A DNA stretch of 64,000 nt from Salpingoeca rosetta (Eukaryota > Protista > Choanoflagellata), in NCBI GenBank assembly GCA_033442325.1, contig JAWQFM010000022.1, positions 588,746 through 652,745 of the forward strand, in the 5' to 3' direction. A program made the translations under genes and the position numbers. Below are positions 11,301 to 28,362 of the stretch, piece after piece. The notes under the pieces are model-generated. The model had not been told where the DNA came from. It saw only the letters and a program-made list of their open reading frames with translations, and made no database searches. Numbering within the stretch: position 1 is the stretch's first letter; the number at the start of each line of letters is the position of its first letter.

Positions 11301-13370
11301 GGCCCGCTCTGGTTCTGGATGGACGATGATGGCACGCCCATCGGCGCTGCTGTCGGTGCTGCCGTCACCACCACGGTCGCCACCGCCACCTTCACCTTCC
11401 CCGGCCTCTTCACCACGCCCGTGTTCACCACCCCGCACCCCACAGGCTCCACCACAGCGTCTACACCGGCACCATCGGTCTCGTCCTCGCCCTCATCTTC
11501 AGCGACCAGCACGGGCACGGGCAGCGGTAGCAGCACCACGGCCCCGCAGCCCTCCCGCAGCTCCCAGGCGTCTGTCCCTGTTGCTGTTGGCGCCGGTCTC
11601 GGCGGTGTCGCTGTGCTCGTCATCATCATTGCCGCTGTCCTTCTCCTTGTGCGCCGCCGCCGCATCGCCTCTGCAAACAACCGCGCCAGCACCGCCAGCG
11701 CGCCTGCCAACGGGCTTGGCTCTGGCCTCCCCGCCCCCGTCAACGGCGGCTGGCTGCATGGCGGCAAGGGCGCGGGCACCACGGAGCCCTACGGCGTTGT
11801 CACAAAGAACCCCGTCTTTGATGCGCGCGGCATGCCCGAGACAGACGCAGACAGCGCCATTGTGTCGCACAACGGCGACGCTGACAGCAACGGTGACGGT
11901 GACAGCCGTGCTGGGTACGATCGCCCACGCGTGCAGAACCCGTTCCGCGACTACGTTGAGCCCGAGGACGGCGCCAACAGCTACGACTACGCGCGCGAGG
12001 GCCGGGACGCGTTCAGGGACTACCAGCGCCCGCAGCCGGGCCACGTGTACGACAACAACCACCCGCGCAACCCGGACGACCCGTACTACTCGTACCCGCA
12101 CCTGCCTCAAGCTGGCGGTGCCCACACGCGCTACTACACCCCGCCCGTCGCGGGCTCCAAGGACCACCACAGCTACGACAACCCTCGCGTGTCCACCGAA
12201 ACAGCCCCATACGACCTTCCAAAGTCCCACCCCGCCTACGACAACCCGCGTGTATCCGACGAGACGGCGCCGTATGACCTTCCCAAGTCGCACCCTTCGT
12301 ACGACAACCCGCGTGTCATCTCGCCCGGGGAGTCTGCGCCATACGATCTTCCAAAATCGCAGCGGATTGGGCGCGAGTACCTGGATGTGATGCCCACGCC
12401 CGACGGCGTTGGCTACCGCGTTCCACACGTCCGCCTGCAGGCGCGCGCAGACGCAGACAACACCGACCCTGCTGCAGGTGTTGATGATGACGACAAGGAT
12501 GTTGCTGTTGAGGACTCGTTTGGGTTTGGCTCCAAGTTTGCGTCACAGCTGGCGTCGCGTGCTGGAAGCGACTTGAACATTGACCGCGATGCCCCGCTCA
12601 TCAACGCAACGTACGGCGCAACCCCGGCCATCCTCGTCCGCAGCACACCCTCCATCTCCAACCGCAGCCAAGGTCGTGGTGATGATGACGGTGATGACGA
12701 TGAGGAGCCACGCTACGACCCGCGCACGATGGGCGACGACGGTGATGGCGCAGCGTATGCCATTGCCAACCACCCTGTTAGTGACCCCGACTATGATGTT
12801 GCTCGCCATCTCTCCGCATCCACCGCCCACCACAACAAGCCGTCCAGCAGCGGCCCACAGACGTACGGCCTCCCAGCCCAAACATACGAAGCATCCGCCC
12901 CCTCGTCGGCGTCGCGTGGTGGCCGCAAGCGCACGTTCAGCTGGGGCCTTGGCCGCCACAGCAGCAGCAAGCGCGAGAGCAGCACGGACGACAGCACCGC
13001 CCAAGCATCTGCCGAAGTGCTCGGCACACTGCCACCGGGCCTGCTGCGCGGTCGTATGGCGCGACGTCAGGCAGAGACACAGCTGCTGCCGCACGCGGGG
13101 ACGACTGGCGCGTTCCTGTTGCGGGTTGGCCGCACGGGCGCCAAGGACCCGCACGGCGCACGCGTCATGCACACGTGGGCCATCTCCATGGTCACGCCAG
13201 CGGGCTTCCAGCACCACCTGCTGTTTGTCATTGCTGACGGCACGTTCAAAGTCAACGGATGGCGCCTGCCTGCCTCTGTCAACACAGTGGCAGACGCCAT
13301 TGCACACCTCAAGCACACGCCCGTCGGCATGTCCAACGTGCTCACCACCCCAATCACCTCCTCCGCGTGA
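8349..13370 (+). CDS. Single-pass receptor: signal peptide, C-type lectin domain, Cys-rich/EGF-like module, Thr mucin stalk, TM helix, Tyr-motif tail, C-terminal SH2
   Basis: Exons 8349-8403, 8533-8599, 8751-8834, 9024-9096, 9239-9308, 9584-9711, 9923-9999 and 10208-13370, phase-consistent. Signal peptide MKKMMVAVLLVTALVLLA. Lectin motifs GHLATIT, WIG, WQW, NWNPGEPSN, EDCAEL and WND. TM VAVGAGLGGVAVLVIIIAAVLLLV followed by RRRR. SH2 MARRQAETQL..GAFLLRV..WAISM..QHHLL. Confidence 0.85.
10329..10930 (+). repeat. Coding ACN trinucleotide array (poly-Thr mucin stalk)
   Basis: Mixed ACC/ACA/ACT/ACG codons, in frame with the receptor ORF. Confidence 0.9.
12172..12360 (+). repeat. About 63-bp coding tandem repeat x3 (YDNPRV..ETAPYDLPKSHP)
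   Basis: Three near-identical 21-aa units, visible in both the DNA and the translation. Confidence 0.9.
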
Positions 13371-13401
13371 GATTGTGTGTGTGTGTGTTTGTGTGTGTTT
13401 G

Positions 13402-13474
<73 letters not shown>

Positions 13475-14019
13475 GGAAGGTGTCCCTTTGCGTTTTCGCT
13501 GTCATGTTGCTGTTGTGCTGGGTGCTGCTTCTGTTTCTTGTTGATTCCTGTCACGTCACTCCCCAACTCCCAACTCCTCTACCCCGTGTTTTCAAACCGT
13601 TCCTGGTCCTTCGATGCATGTTTGCTTTCCACCCTACACGACCTTTTACCTTTACCTTTGCATAGCTCTCAACCAATAGCTTAGTTTCGGTGATGGCGCT
13701 TTTGTCATGCGCGTTGGTGCTTGGTTTGTCTTATGTTAGCCATTGGTTTGCACCACTTCCCACCTCTTATGCTTGCTCTTCCCTTTGTGGCTGTTGGTGT
13801 GGTGTGGTGTGTTTGTTGCGCTGTGATGGCGCGAGCTGCGGTGTGTCGTGCGTGTGTTAGAGCTGGTCTTGACACCGCATGTTGCACTCGCATGCTTTCC
13901 CAATCATCACGGCCATGCATGTAACGGCCACAATCAAAGCAACATGGAGACACAGAGCAGGGCAAGTGAAGTGGTTGAAGCCAGTGAGAGTCAGGTGGTA
14001 ATGGAACAACTTCCCTCAT

Positions 14020-14122
14020 TCATTCATCGGGGAAGCGGTCAAACAGTCGAGATAGCGGATCAATCACGTCTTCCTTCAGCCGCTCCTGCTCCCCACGAGC
14101 TTCCTGTGCCTCTGTGTTGCAG

Positions 14123-14191
<69 letters not shown>

Positions 14192-15445
14192 TGTGTATGC
14201 GTCTCTAGAAGATATTTTCTGTGCTTATATGGTCTATAGCTATGTATATATGTACATACTATATACATAGTAGCAGAGATCCAGATATCGATGTATATAN
14301 NNNNNNNNNNNNNNNNNNNNNNNNNNNNNNNNNNNNNNNNNNNNNNNNNNNNNNNNNNNNNNNNNNNNNNNNNNNNNNNNNNNNNNNNNNNNNNNNNNNA
14401 TGTGTTGGCATGTCTCCTCACGAACAACAGAGCACACACACACACAAACACAAACACACACACACACACAAGCACACACACACACACAAACACAAACACA
14501 AACACAACACGAGCACAAACACTCACACAAGCAAGCATACACAACCACACCTCGCTTCAAGTCAGTTGTAGTGGTGCGCAGCAAGTCGCGTACAGATGCC
14601 TGCACACGCTTCCCGCGGTCCAGAAGCGCTTGCACACTCTTGCTTCCCACTTCTTCCTCTTCTTCTTCGTCTTCGTCTTCTCGTCCTACTCCACCATCAT
14701 CGCCCCCTTCGCCTCCGTTGGTGCCGCCTTCGTGGGTGTGCTGCTCTGCACGCTCGCTGCTGTCACGGGCTGCGCCATCGCGATCACTCGTGGCACGGGG
14801 GGTTGACGCCGGGAGGCTGGTCGTGCGTGCGAGCGAGGACAATGATGGCGGCGGTCGCACAGCAGGTAGAGGCGGTGTGCTGTCGTGCGCTGGCGCTGTA
14901 TCATCTGGCAAGGATGCAGTGCGGTGGTAGCTTGGGCGCGGTGCAGAAGAAGTGTCCACATGCAGTGGCTGTGACGACGATAAGGATCCAGGCGGCAGCT
15001 GTTGTGGTGGTCGCCGGTGTGGTAGAAGTGCGGACCCGGTGCGTCCTCCTAACGGCTGCCGTCCTGTATTTGTATGCGCATTGCCACCCACAGCAGGCGG
15101 TTGTGCTCGGTGACCACTGCTTTCGCTGCTTTCGCTGCTTTCGCTGCTTCTGCTGCTGCGTCGCTGGCCAGGGCCGTGTGCGCTGCCGTCACCCATGGTC
15201 GCCACTTGCGCGGACAGCCGCTCCAAGCGATCCAGGTATTCCACGAGATGGTCGTGCACCGCTTTCCTGCGACGGGCGTTTGTATCTGTGCGTCCACCTT
15301 CCAGTAGCACGGTCACGCCTTTGACAAACGCATCGTACGCGCCCATCACATCCCCTGCAGCCTCTGCCCCCATCCCAACCTTGATATGTGCTGCTCCAGC
15401 CCGCACATACCCACCACCACCATCTCGGTTGCTGTCGTCGTCCAT
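14020..15445 (-). CDS. MIT-domain protein with a disordered middle and a C-terminal helical region
   Basis: Exons 15445-14551 and 14111-14020; the intron spans a 100-N gap. The N-terminal three-helix MIT pattern reads GAAHIKVGMGAEAAGDVMGAYDAFVKGVTVLLEG..DTNARRRKAVHDHLVEYLDRLERL. Confidence 0.75.
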
Positions 15446-15497
15446 CTCAGTCAGTCCTTCTTAGTGAGCTTTGTGATTTTTGCCAACGCCAAGCAAG

Positions 15498-18351
<2,854 letters not shown>

Positions 18352-18413
18352 CACCCGTTCACTGCCACATTGGAAGAGGAGGGATGAGGTCACTCGTGCT
18401 GCTGTCGTGCATT

Positions 18414-18513
<100 letters not shown>

Positions 18514-18691
18514 CTTGGTGTGCATGTTGCTTGACGATTGATGCGGTGATGTTGTGCTTGACGATTTGATTAAATCATTGCTTTTATCGGTGAAGGAGGG
18601 AGATTGGGATATTAAACACAACATGCACTCATACAACACGTACACACACACACACACAAACAAACACACACACACAAAAACAAACGCACAA

Positions 18692-21600
18692 CTACAGCCT
18701 GTCCATGCGGCACCAGACGGATGGCTGTCGGCGCGTCGCCTCCTGCCCGCCCGCCCTTGATGATGATGATGACGACAATGATGATGATGATGGCGCGGAA
18801 GACACTGGTGGTGGCGGTGGTGGCGCAACCGGTGTCAGCGAATGCGTGTACACTCGCGGTGCGCCTGCGTTCTGTGCCTGCTGCCGCCGCTGCTGTATTG
18901 GTGGAGGATGGGGTGCTGGCATGGCGCGGTGCGCTGCTAATCGTGGCTGCTGCTGCTGCTGCTGCTGCACCTGCGGCTGCTCTCGATGGCGTTGTGTTGC
19001 GTAATGCCCATGCTGCTCCCCGTGTGCATCACGCAATTGGGCAAGTTGTGCCGGCTCGCTGTGCGCGTGCTGTTGCTGCTGTTGCTGACGAGGCGGTGGC
19101 TGCCGCTCGTCTGTGTACGCCTGCGAATCATACCGCGGCTGTTGTCGAGGATGTGCGTGCGCGTGCGCGTGGGCGTGCGTGTGTGTTGGCGGCATGGGTG
19201 CGTCTGCGTCCATGCGTGCGCGTTTGCTCGCGGGCTGGCGGTAGTCGGAAAATCCCTCCACATCCCCACTGGAATCAGCGTCCACCCGCGAGCGCGGCGG
19301 ATACGACTCGCCGCCACGGCCGTCGTCGTGGTGGCGGTGTGTGTCGTGCCCGCGCTTCTGGGCAAACGCCGCCGCCAGCATTGCCAGCTCATCTTCGTCC
19401 ACGTGCCCACGGTCAGCAGCGACAGCAGTGCGTGCGGGGCCGGAACGGTAGCGCCCGCGTGGTGGTGATGGTCGTGGGCGACGATGCTGCTGCTGCTGCT
19501 GCTGCCGTGCGGTGCGGTGGTCAGGACGATGCTGGTCACGACGATGGTCATAATGGCGGTGATCACCAGCAGCGGCACCACCACCAACGCCAGCAACAGC
19601 AACGCCGGTTGTTGCGCGTGCTGGTGGCGATTGTCCGCGACCATCGCGGCCATCGCGGCCGTGCACGTGTGTGCGCGCAACCCCACGACCACCACCACGA
19701 ACGCCGTCACCGCGCTCGCGACTCCGGCGCGGATGCAACGGTGATCGTGACCGCGATGATGCTGCTGGTGCCAGCGATGACGATGAAGGTGGTGTTGGCG
19801 GTGGCGAAGCGGTGCGCGGTGGTGCTGTCCTTGCTGGTTCCGCTGAAGATGTTTTGGTGCTTGCGGGTCGCGTTGGTGCCCGTGGTCGTGGTGGTGGTGG
19901 TGGTGGTGGCTGTTTGGATGGGTTTGGGGGTGGTGGCGGTGCTGTTGGTGGTGGCGGTGGCGGCGGATGGTGCGGTGGTGGTGGTGGTGGTGGTGGTGGC
20001 GGTCTTGCGTATGGATAGTGGTACTGGGAGTTGGGGTGGTAGGCGTAAGGGTACGGGTACTGGTGGGGGTGGGGCTGGTGGTACGCTGGGTACGCTGGCG
20101 TGTAGGGTGGGCGGTAAGGGTGGTAGAAGCCCCCGGGGGCAGCGAGGAGGCCGTGTGCATGGTGGGGTGGATATGGGTGGCGGGGTGCCGCGACCGAAGC
20201 GGTAGGTGGTGCCGGTCGCAGGCGCGGCAACGCCCCCTGTGTTGAATGAAATACCACGTGCGGAAGTGATGAAAACATAAGATGCTCTAGGGACAGGGGC
20301 CAGGGTGGATGATGGGGAAGTGAAGCAGCACGCAGGAAACAGAAAACGGACTGTCAGATGTGCACGTGCACACGCGCAGGCCCGCGCAGGCCCACACAAC
20401 ACAACACAACACAACACAACACAACACAACACAACACAACACAACACAACACAACACAACACAACACAACACAACACAACACAACACAACACAACACAAC
20501 ACAACACAACACAACACAACACAACACAACACAACACAACACAACACAACACAACACAACACAACACAACACAACACAACACAACACAACACAACACAAC
20601 ACAACACAACACGACGTGTACCTCGATGCGGCGTGGGAAGAGCTGCGTGACTTTGCGGATTTGGTCCTTGACCTCAGGGCTGCACGCGTCAGCAGCATCG
20701 ATGCGAATGTGTTTGCCAAAGAGGGCGACGCCGTTGAGCAGCTGCTTCGCATAGAGCGCAGATGGCACGTCTACGCAGTCCACAAACGCAAACCCGCGCG
20801 GGTTCCCCTCTGGGTCGCGTGCAATGGCCACACCGTCAACGGGGCATGCTTGCAAGAACAGCTCGTACAGAATCTCATCGGTCACGCGCGTGTCGAGGTT
20901 GCCCACATACAACGTGGAGTTGGACCGACAGGGCGCCGACAATATTCCTGCCAAATAGCTGATGGCGCGGTCCTTGCGCGTTTTTGCCGTGTCCTCCTCA
21001 ATCGGTCCCCCAATCACTGACAGGCTGTCTTCTTCTTCTTCTTGTTCATCACTGCTGCTGTTGTCGCTGCTCGACGTCTCGTCGCCATCATCGTCGGAGG
21101 AAGAGGAAGAAGCTGACGTACCTGAGCTGGAAGACGAAGCAGAAGCATCTCCATAGTCGTGTTCCTCGTTATCGCTGCTGTCTTCGCTGCTATCGCTGTC
21201 ACTGCTGCTATCAGTGCTGTCCGTCTCGGCAGAAGCATCGCTATCGTCCCCCTCTTCGCCCTCGTCATCGCTGCTGTCGTTGCTACTGTCGTCGTCACTC
21301 TCACTGCTGTTTGAGCTCTGGTGTTGTGAGGTGCGCGGACAGTGTGCGCTGACCTGGCTTCGACTGCCACTGTCGCCTATCTCTGTCTCTGGCTCCACTT
21401 CCTCTTCCTTCACTTGATTCTCCCTGCTACTTTGCCCCTTCTCGTCTGGGCCAACGCCATCCTCGCTGGTGCCCTCCTTGCCGTTTGTCCCTTCGTTCGC
21501 TCTTTCTTCCTCATCCACGTCTTCCTCGTCGTCCTCTTCCTTGTCCTCGTCTTCCTCTTCATATCCTTCTTGGTGCTCTGTCGTACCGCCTTCAACTTGT

Positions 21601-21875
21601 CGACTGCTGCTACCTTGGGCCACACACCCTTCCTCTTCTTCCTCCTCTTCCTCCTCTTCCTCTTCTTCCTCCTCTTCCTCCTCTTCCTCCTCTTCTTCCT
21701 CCTCTTCATCATCTTCCTCCCTCATGGCAGCCACTGCTGCGGTTGTGGTCGTCTGCTCCTTGCCGCCGCCACGCATCGTGCGTCTTCTTTCCTTGTGCCT
21801 CAGAAAATTATGAACTTCTTCAACCATTCTTCCGAAACCGTCATCATCACCGTCATCATCCACGCAAACGCCCAT
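18692..21875 (-). CDS. RBM7/RBM11-like RRM protein with an acidic N-terminus and a Pro/Tyr/Arg-rich disordered C-terminus
   Basis: Exons ~21875-20622 and 20236-18692. The RRM TLYVGNLDTRVTDEILYELFLQACPVDGVAIARDPEGNPRGFAFVD..LLNGVALFGKHIRID most resembles RBM7. The start codon is uncertain; I chose the first ATG that does not overlap the divergent gene. Confidence 0.75.
20396..20612. repeat. Perfect (ACACA)n/(TGTGT)n pentanucleotide array, about 43 units, at the 5' end of an intron
   Basis: Read directly. It lies just inside the donor of the RBM7-like intron (20621-20237). Confidence 0.95.
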
Positions 21876-21986
21876 CACATCATCACACGACCCACCACCT
21901 GTGTTGCTCTTCTGTCCCAAGGCTGCTGACACGCGTGGCTGGTGCTCGAGCTTGGACGCCAAGCAGCGACGAGGAGAGACGCAAGA

Positions 21987-24261
<2,275 letters not shown>

Positions 24262-24630
24262 CCGTGCTGCTGGTGCTGCTGGTGCTGCTGATGATGGTGT
24301 GTTGTGGTGCGTTGTGGTGCACGTAGTCCGTGGGACAAACGGATGATGATGTTGCTATGACGATGATGATGGTGGTGGTGGTGCTGGTGGTGGTGGTTGA
24401 TGATGGTGTTCTTCCTTGCTACTTTATCGTTGTCTCTCTCCCCCTCTGTGTTGTTGTGACCGCGCTGGCGTGGTGCAACCAGGGAAGCACAACGGAGATG
24501 ACACGATCCGAAGTTTGTTATTGCCCCTAACTTTGTCCTCGTGTGATATCATGTGTGCGTGTGTTCTTGTCTCATCATTAAACGTTTTTGTACGACCAAA
24601 CGTCACGACATACACGAGCCACATGACAGG

Positions 24631-24676
<46 letters not shown>

Positions 24677-24913
24677 CCACGCTCAGTCTGCACACGTGTG
24701 TAAGTAAGCCCGACTCTCGTTTACTGGATGTGGGGATGACTGCTGACACGCCAAGGGAAGAAAATACAGCACAAGAAGAGGGGAAACGGGGCGGACAACA
24801 AGGGCACGCCAACAAAGCACCAACCAGCAACCAGGAACGACACCACCAGCACCAACAACAGGGACAGCAACAACGGCAACGGAGCTGCTTGCGCAGCCGC
24901 GTCGTCGCACTGC

Positions 24914-25381
24914 TTAGCGGTAGCGGCGCCAGTTGAGGGTGTTGCGGCGCTTCCAGGAGGCACGGCGGGAGCCACCAGTGGTCTTGTTGTACCTGTGACC
25001 ATGGCCGAGACCACGGTTCTTGCGGCCGGCGGACGTGAGGGCGCGCATCTCACGGTGCTTGTGCACGTTCTTGCAGATCCAGTTGATGCGGGCATCGCGG
25101 CGGATGGCCTTGTGCGCGGGGTCAACAAGGATGACCTCGTAGTACTTGTAGGTGGCGTCCTGGGCAACCCAGTAGGAGTTGAGGACGCGGAGACCACCGC
25201 AGCGACGGCCGGCGCGCTCCTCGGCGACGCTCTGCTTGCTGCGCTGGAACTTGAGGTGGTTCACACCCTGGTTGGTGGGCTTGCCGCAAACGGCACCCTT
25301 GCTGACCTTGCGCTTGCGGCCACCACGCCTGACGCGGACGCGGTAGATGACGTAGCCCTGCTTTGCCTGCGGGGTGGGCAC

Positions 25382-25441
<60 letters not shown>

Positions 25442-25958
25442 AAGCGTATATGTGTGTGCACATGTCGCGTGTGGTGGATTGGCATGAGTGATAGCATGGG
25501 AGCAAGGTGGAACGACACGGCACGTGCACGACGCGCGCACACGTGCAATCGCAGCACACCAAGAGCCATGTAGCAGCACCCAAGCACAGCACAGACAACA
25601 CGCATCACGCCGTGAAGGTGTGTCCCACATCTCCACAACATCACGCGCACAACGGCGGTGCCGCTGCAAGCACCACAAACAGCACATCACACAAAGACAT
25701 AGCACAGACACAAACACGTAGCACAGACACGCCACAGCATGAGACACAGGTGCACAAGACAGGCCGCCATTTGGCATTGTGGCTGGCTGGCTTTACCTTG
25801 TAGCCGAGGCGGCGGGCCTTGTCGGGCCTGCTGGGCTGGCTGGCACGGTGGACCGAGGTCAGCTGGCGCAGCTTCCAGGCGCGGATGCGGAGCACAAAGC
25901 GAAGCACATCGCACTGCTTGCGCTTGTACAGCTCCTCAACGTACTTGTACACACCCAT
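24914..25958 (-). CDS. RPL15: 60S ribosomal protein L15 (eL15)
   Basis: Exons 25958-25797 and 25366-24914. Protein [32 protein letters not shown]|[36 protein letters not shown]. Confidence 0.97.
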
Positions 25959-26783
25959 CGTGTCAGCAGAGAGAGAAGTGGGGTGATAACCTTCGTTCGC
26001 AAAACAGAAATGCAGGGCACGTGTGAGGTGTGATCAGCAGCGTGGTGGTGGATGATGATGGTGTTGTGTGCAGAAGAGCGGTCACGCGTGGTGGTGTTGG
26101 TGGTCAGAGCTGCAATCGCCTCATGCGCAGCTGTGCACGGCTGCTCACGCCCGTGCCGTGCTCCAACCACACAACCAGCGCCATTGCCGCTGCCGGCAGC
26201 AGCGGCAGAAGCAGCAGCAGCAATGAAGTCTGCATCTGCCTCCCCCCCCCCTATCCCCCAACATCATCGCCAGCTTGCTCTGGAAGAGCACGTGTGCTGT
26301 GGCTGGTGCTTGTGTTGCTGCTGCGGCTCATCTTCTCCGTCGAGCACACAAGTTGTCGCGTGGGCTGATGGTGCTGCATGCTCCACGACGCTCCACGCCA
26401 CCCGTACACGAGTAGCATCGGCCGTGCACACCCCAGCAGTGATGGAGACAACCACCACCACGCACAACCACCGTGGGCGAAGCACCACGCTCACGCTCGC
26501 TTCGTTCATCTCCCTCCACTTCGCACACACACACTATCCATCGCCGCACACTCAACTCGAGGGCTCACCTGCGGTCAGGAAGAAAAAGGCATGCGACAGG
26601 AGGCGATAAAAACTCCAGCACACGCCACGAACAAAACTCAGAATGTGCCAAACTGCGCATTTACGTTCATCAGCCATATCTTCGCATAATCGTCAGAACT
26701 TGAACCAGCCAACACACAAACAAGCAGCAACCACCGCTTCGTCTGACGCTCACCGCACACACTCGTCACACAGAGCCATCATC

Positions 26784-28102
26784 ATGGGTGAGTGTATGTG
26801 TGTGTATGTGTGGTTGCTTGTGTGTGTGTGTGTGTGTGTTGTTTGTGGTTGTGTGCTGTTTGTGTTGCCGCATGATGAGCACCCGCGCTTGAAACTGCAC
26901 GCGTGATCCTCTCGGCTTGCTTTGCCTCAAACTCATACTGTCGCGTGTCTGCAATCGCAGGAGCACGAACGCCAGCGACAACGTCGCTTGCAGTTGCCGC
27001 CGTGCTTGCCGTGCTGGCATTTGCCAGCTTGCAGCTGTTTGCAGACACCTTGCGTGAGAGCAAGGTAGGCACCATCGGTGCCGGCTTTGTCTCGTCCCTC
27101 ATCTACATTATGACCCTCACCGCCATCAACAACATCGAGTGCTCAGTCTTTGGCTCAAACTACCAAGCAGGAATCTTCCCCGAATGTACGTGTGCACATG
27201 TGAGCGAAAATGAAGGGAAAGCAAAAGGAGGGTCAGAGAGGGTTTGGCAAATGAGGCTGTGTATGCGTATGTGTGCATGTGTCTGTGTTGTGTGTCTGTC
27301 TGTGTCTGTGTTGCGTGTCTGTATCTGTGTTGTGGGTCTGTGTCTGTGATGAGGTGCGCTGCGCTGTGTTGTGGGTCTGTGTCTGTGATGAGGTGCGCTG
27401 CGCTGTGGTGTGTTGGATGGATCAGTCGTCGGATCCAGTGTTGGATGTGTCAGCGTGGTGGCTGAGATGTCACTGAAAAGGACACGCCACCGAATGTGGT
27501 GTTAACTGCGCAGCTTAGGTTGTGATGGCTGCCGATGGTGTCTCATTGAGGCTGCTGCAGTTGTGACTGTTTTGCCGTTTGCTCAGCCATCACCCATTGT
27601 GCATGTCCTGCAGGTGTGCTGGCCTTGTTTGTGGCCATGGCGTGTGCAGCAACGATTCACGGTGTCAGCGTTACAACTTGGTACGAGGCGTGTTTTGTGT
27701 CCGTGTCTGCATGTGTGCGGCAGTGAACAACGGGTCATGTGTTGTGGCTACGTGTGCACATGTGTCCGTCTGTCTCTGCCCACCTGCCCATCTATCTCCC
27801 AGTGGGTGTCTTCACGAATATGCTCGCGTGCTTCTGGGTGCCTGATGATGTTTGTCCTTTTCACCCGTGATGTGGCAACACCCACAAACACTTCGCACTG
27901 GCTCACACATACACACACATGAATACACACACACACACATGTACATGCTTTCTTTCTCCTCCACACTCACGCTCACACTCCCTTGCTTTTTCCCCCCGTC
28001 CCCTTTTTACACACGTATTCACGCAGCTTCTTGTTCAGCTGTGGGCACACGTTCTTCCTCAACCGACTCTCCACACAACTGTACAGCTCAAGAAAGCAAT
28101 AA
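26784..28102 (+). CDS. KRTCAP2: Oligosaccharyltransferase subunit KCP2/KRTCAP2
   Basis: Exons 26784-26787, 26961-27185, 27614-27680 and 28027-28102. Four hydrophobic segments with LTAINNIECSVFGSNYQAGIFPE and IHGVSVTTCFLFS. Confidence 0.88.
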
Positions 28103-28362
28103 ACCCCTCCCCCCATCCACACGCGCACGCGCACGCGCACATCCACACGCAGGCCTGTTTGTGCTGCTGCGTCTCCGGCGATGTCGTGTTGCTCTTCACT
28201 CTCTCTCTGTTCTCCCTCCTCGTTATTTCAAGCAAAGCATCAAGCAAGTGCCGACCAACCATCAACCACCAAGCAAGCAATTCAAAGAAGTCCACCAGCA
28301 ACAGTCAAATCCCACATCCAACACCTCATCATCCAAACACCTCACACAACCACAGAGCTGCG

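Noticed and set aside
14200-14299. AT-rich segments beside gaps (also 23260-23342 and 44670-44710), suggesting foreign DNA or element ends
   Set aside because: They abut N-gaps after long microsatellites, which is typical of low-quality read ends.
20396-20612. Regular array that could be taken for CRISPR or telomeric repeats
   Set aside because: It is a pure 5-bp microsatellite with no spacers, is not TTAGGG, and is intronic.
26000-26700. Several 60-185 aa ORFs between RPL15 and KRTCAP2
   Set aside because: I found no recognisable motif or consistent splice structure, so I treated the region as divergent promoter or UTR sequence.
27330-27480. 39-bp duplication with TGATGA and downstream CTGA in a KRTCAP2 intron, suggesting a C/D snoRNA
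   Set aside because: I recognised no rRNA complementarity or terminal stem. A local tandem duplication explains it.
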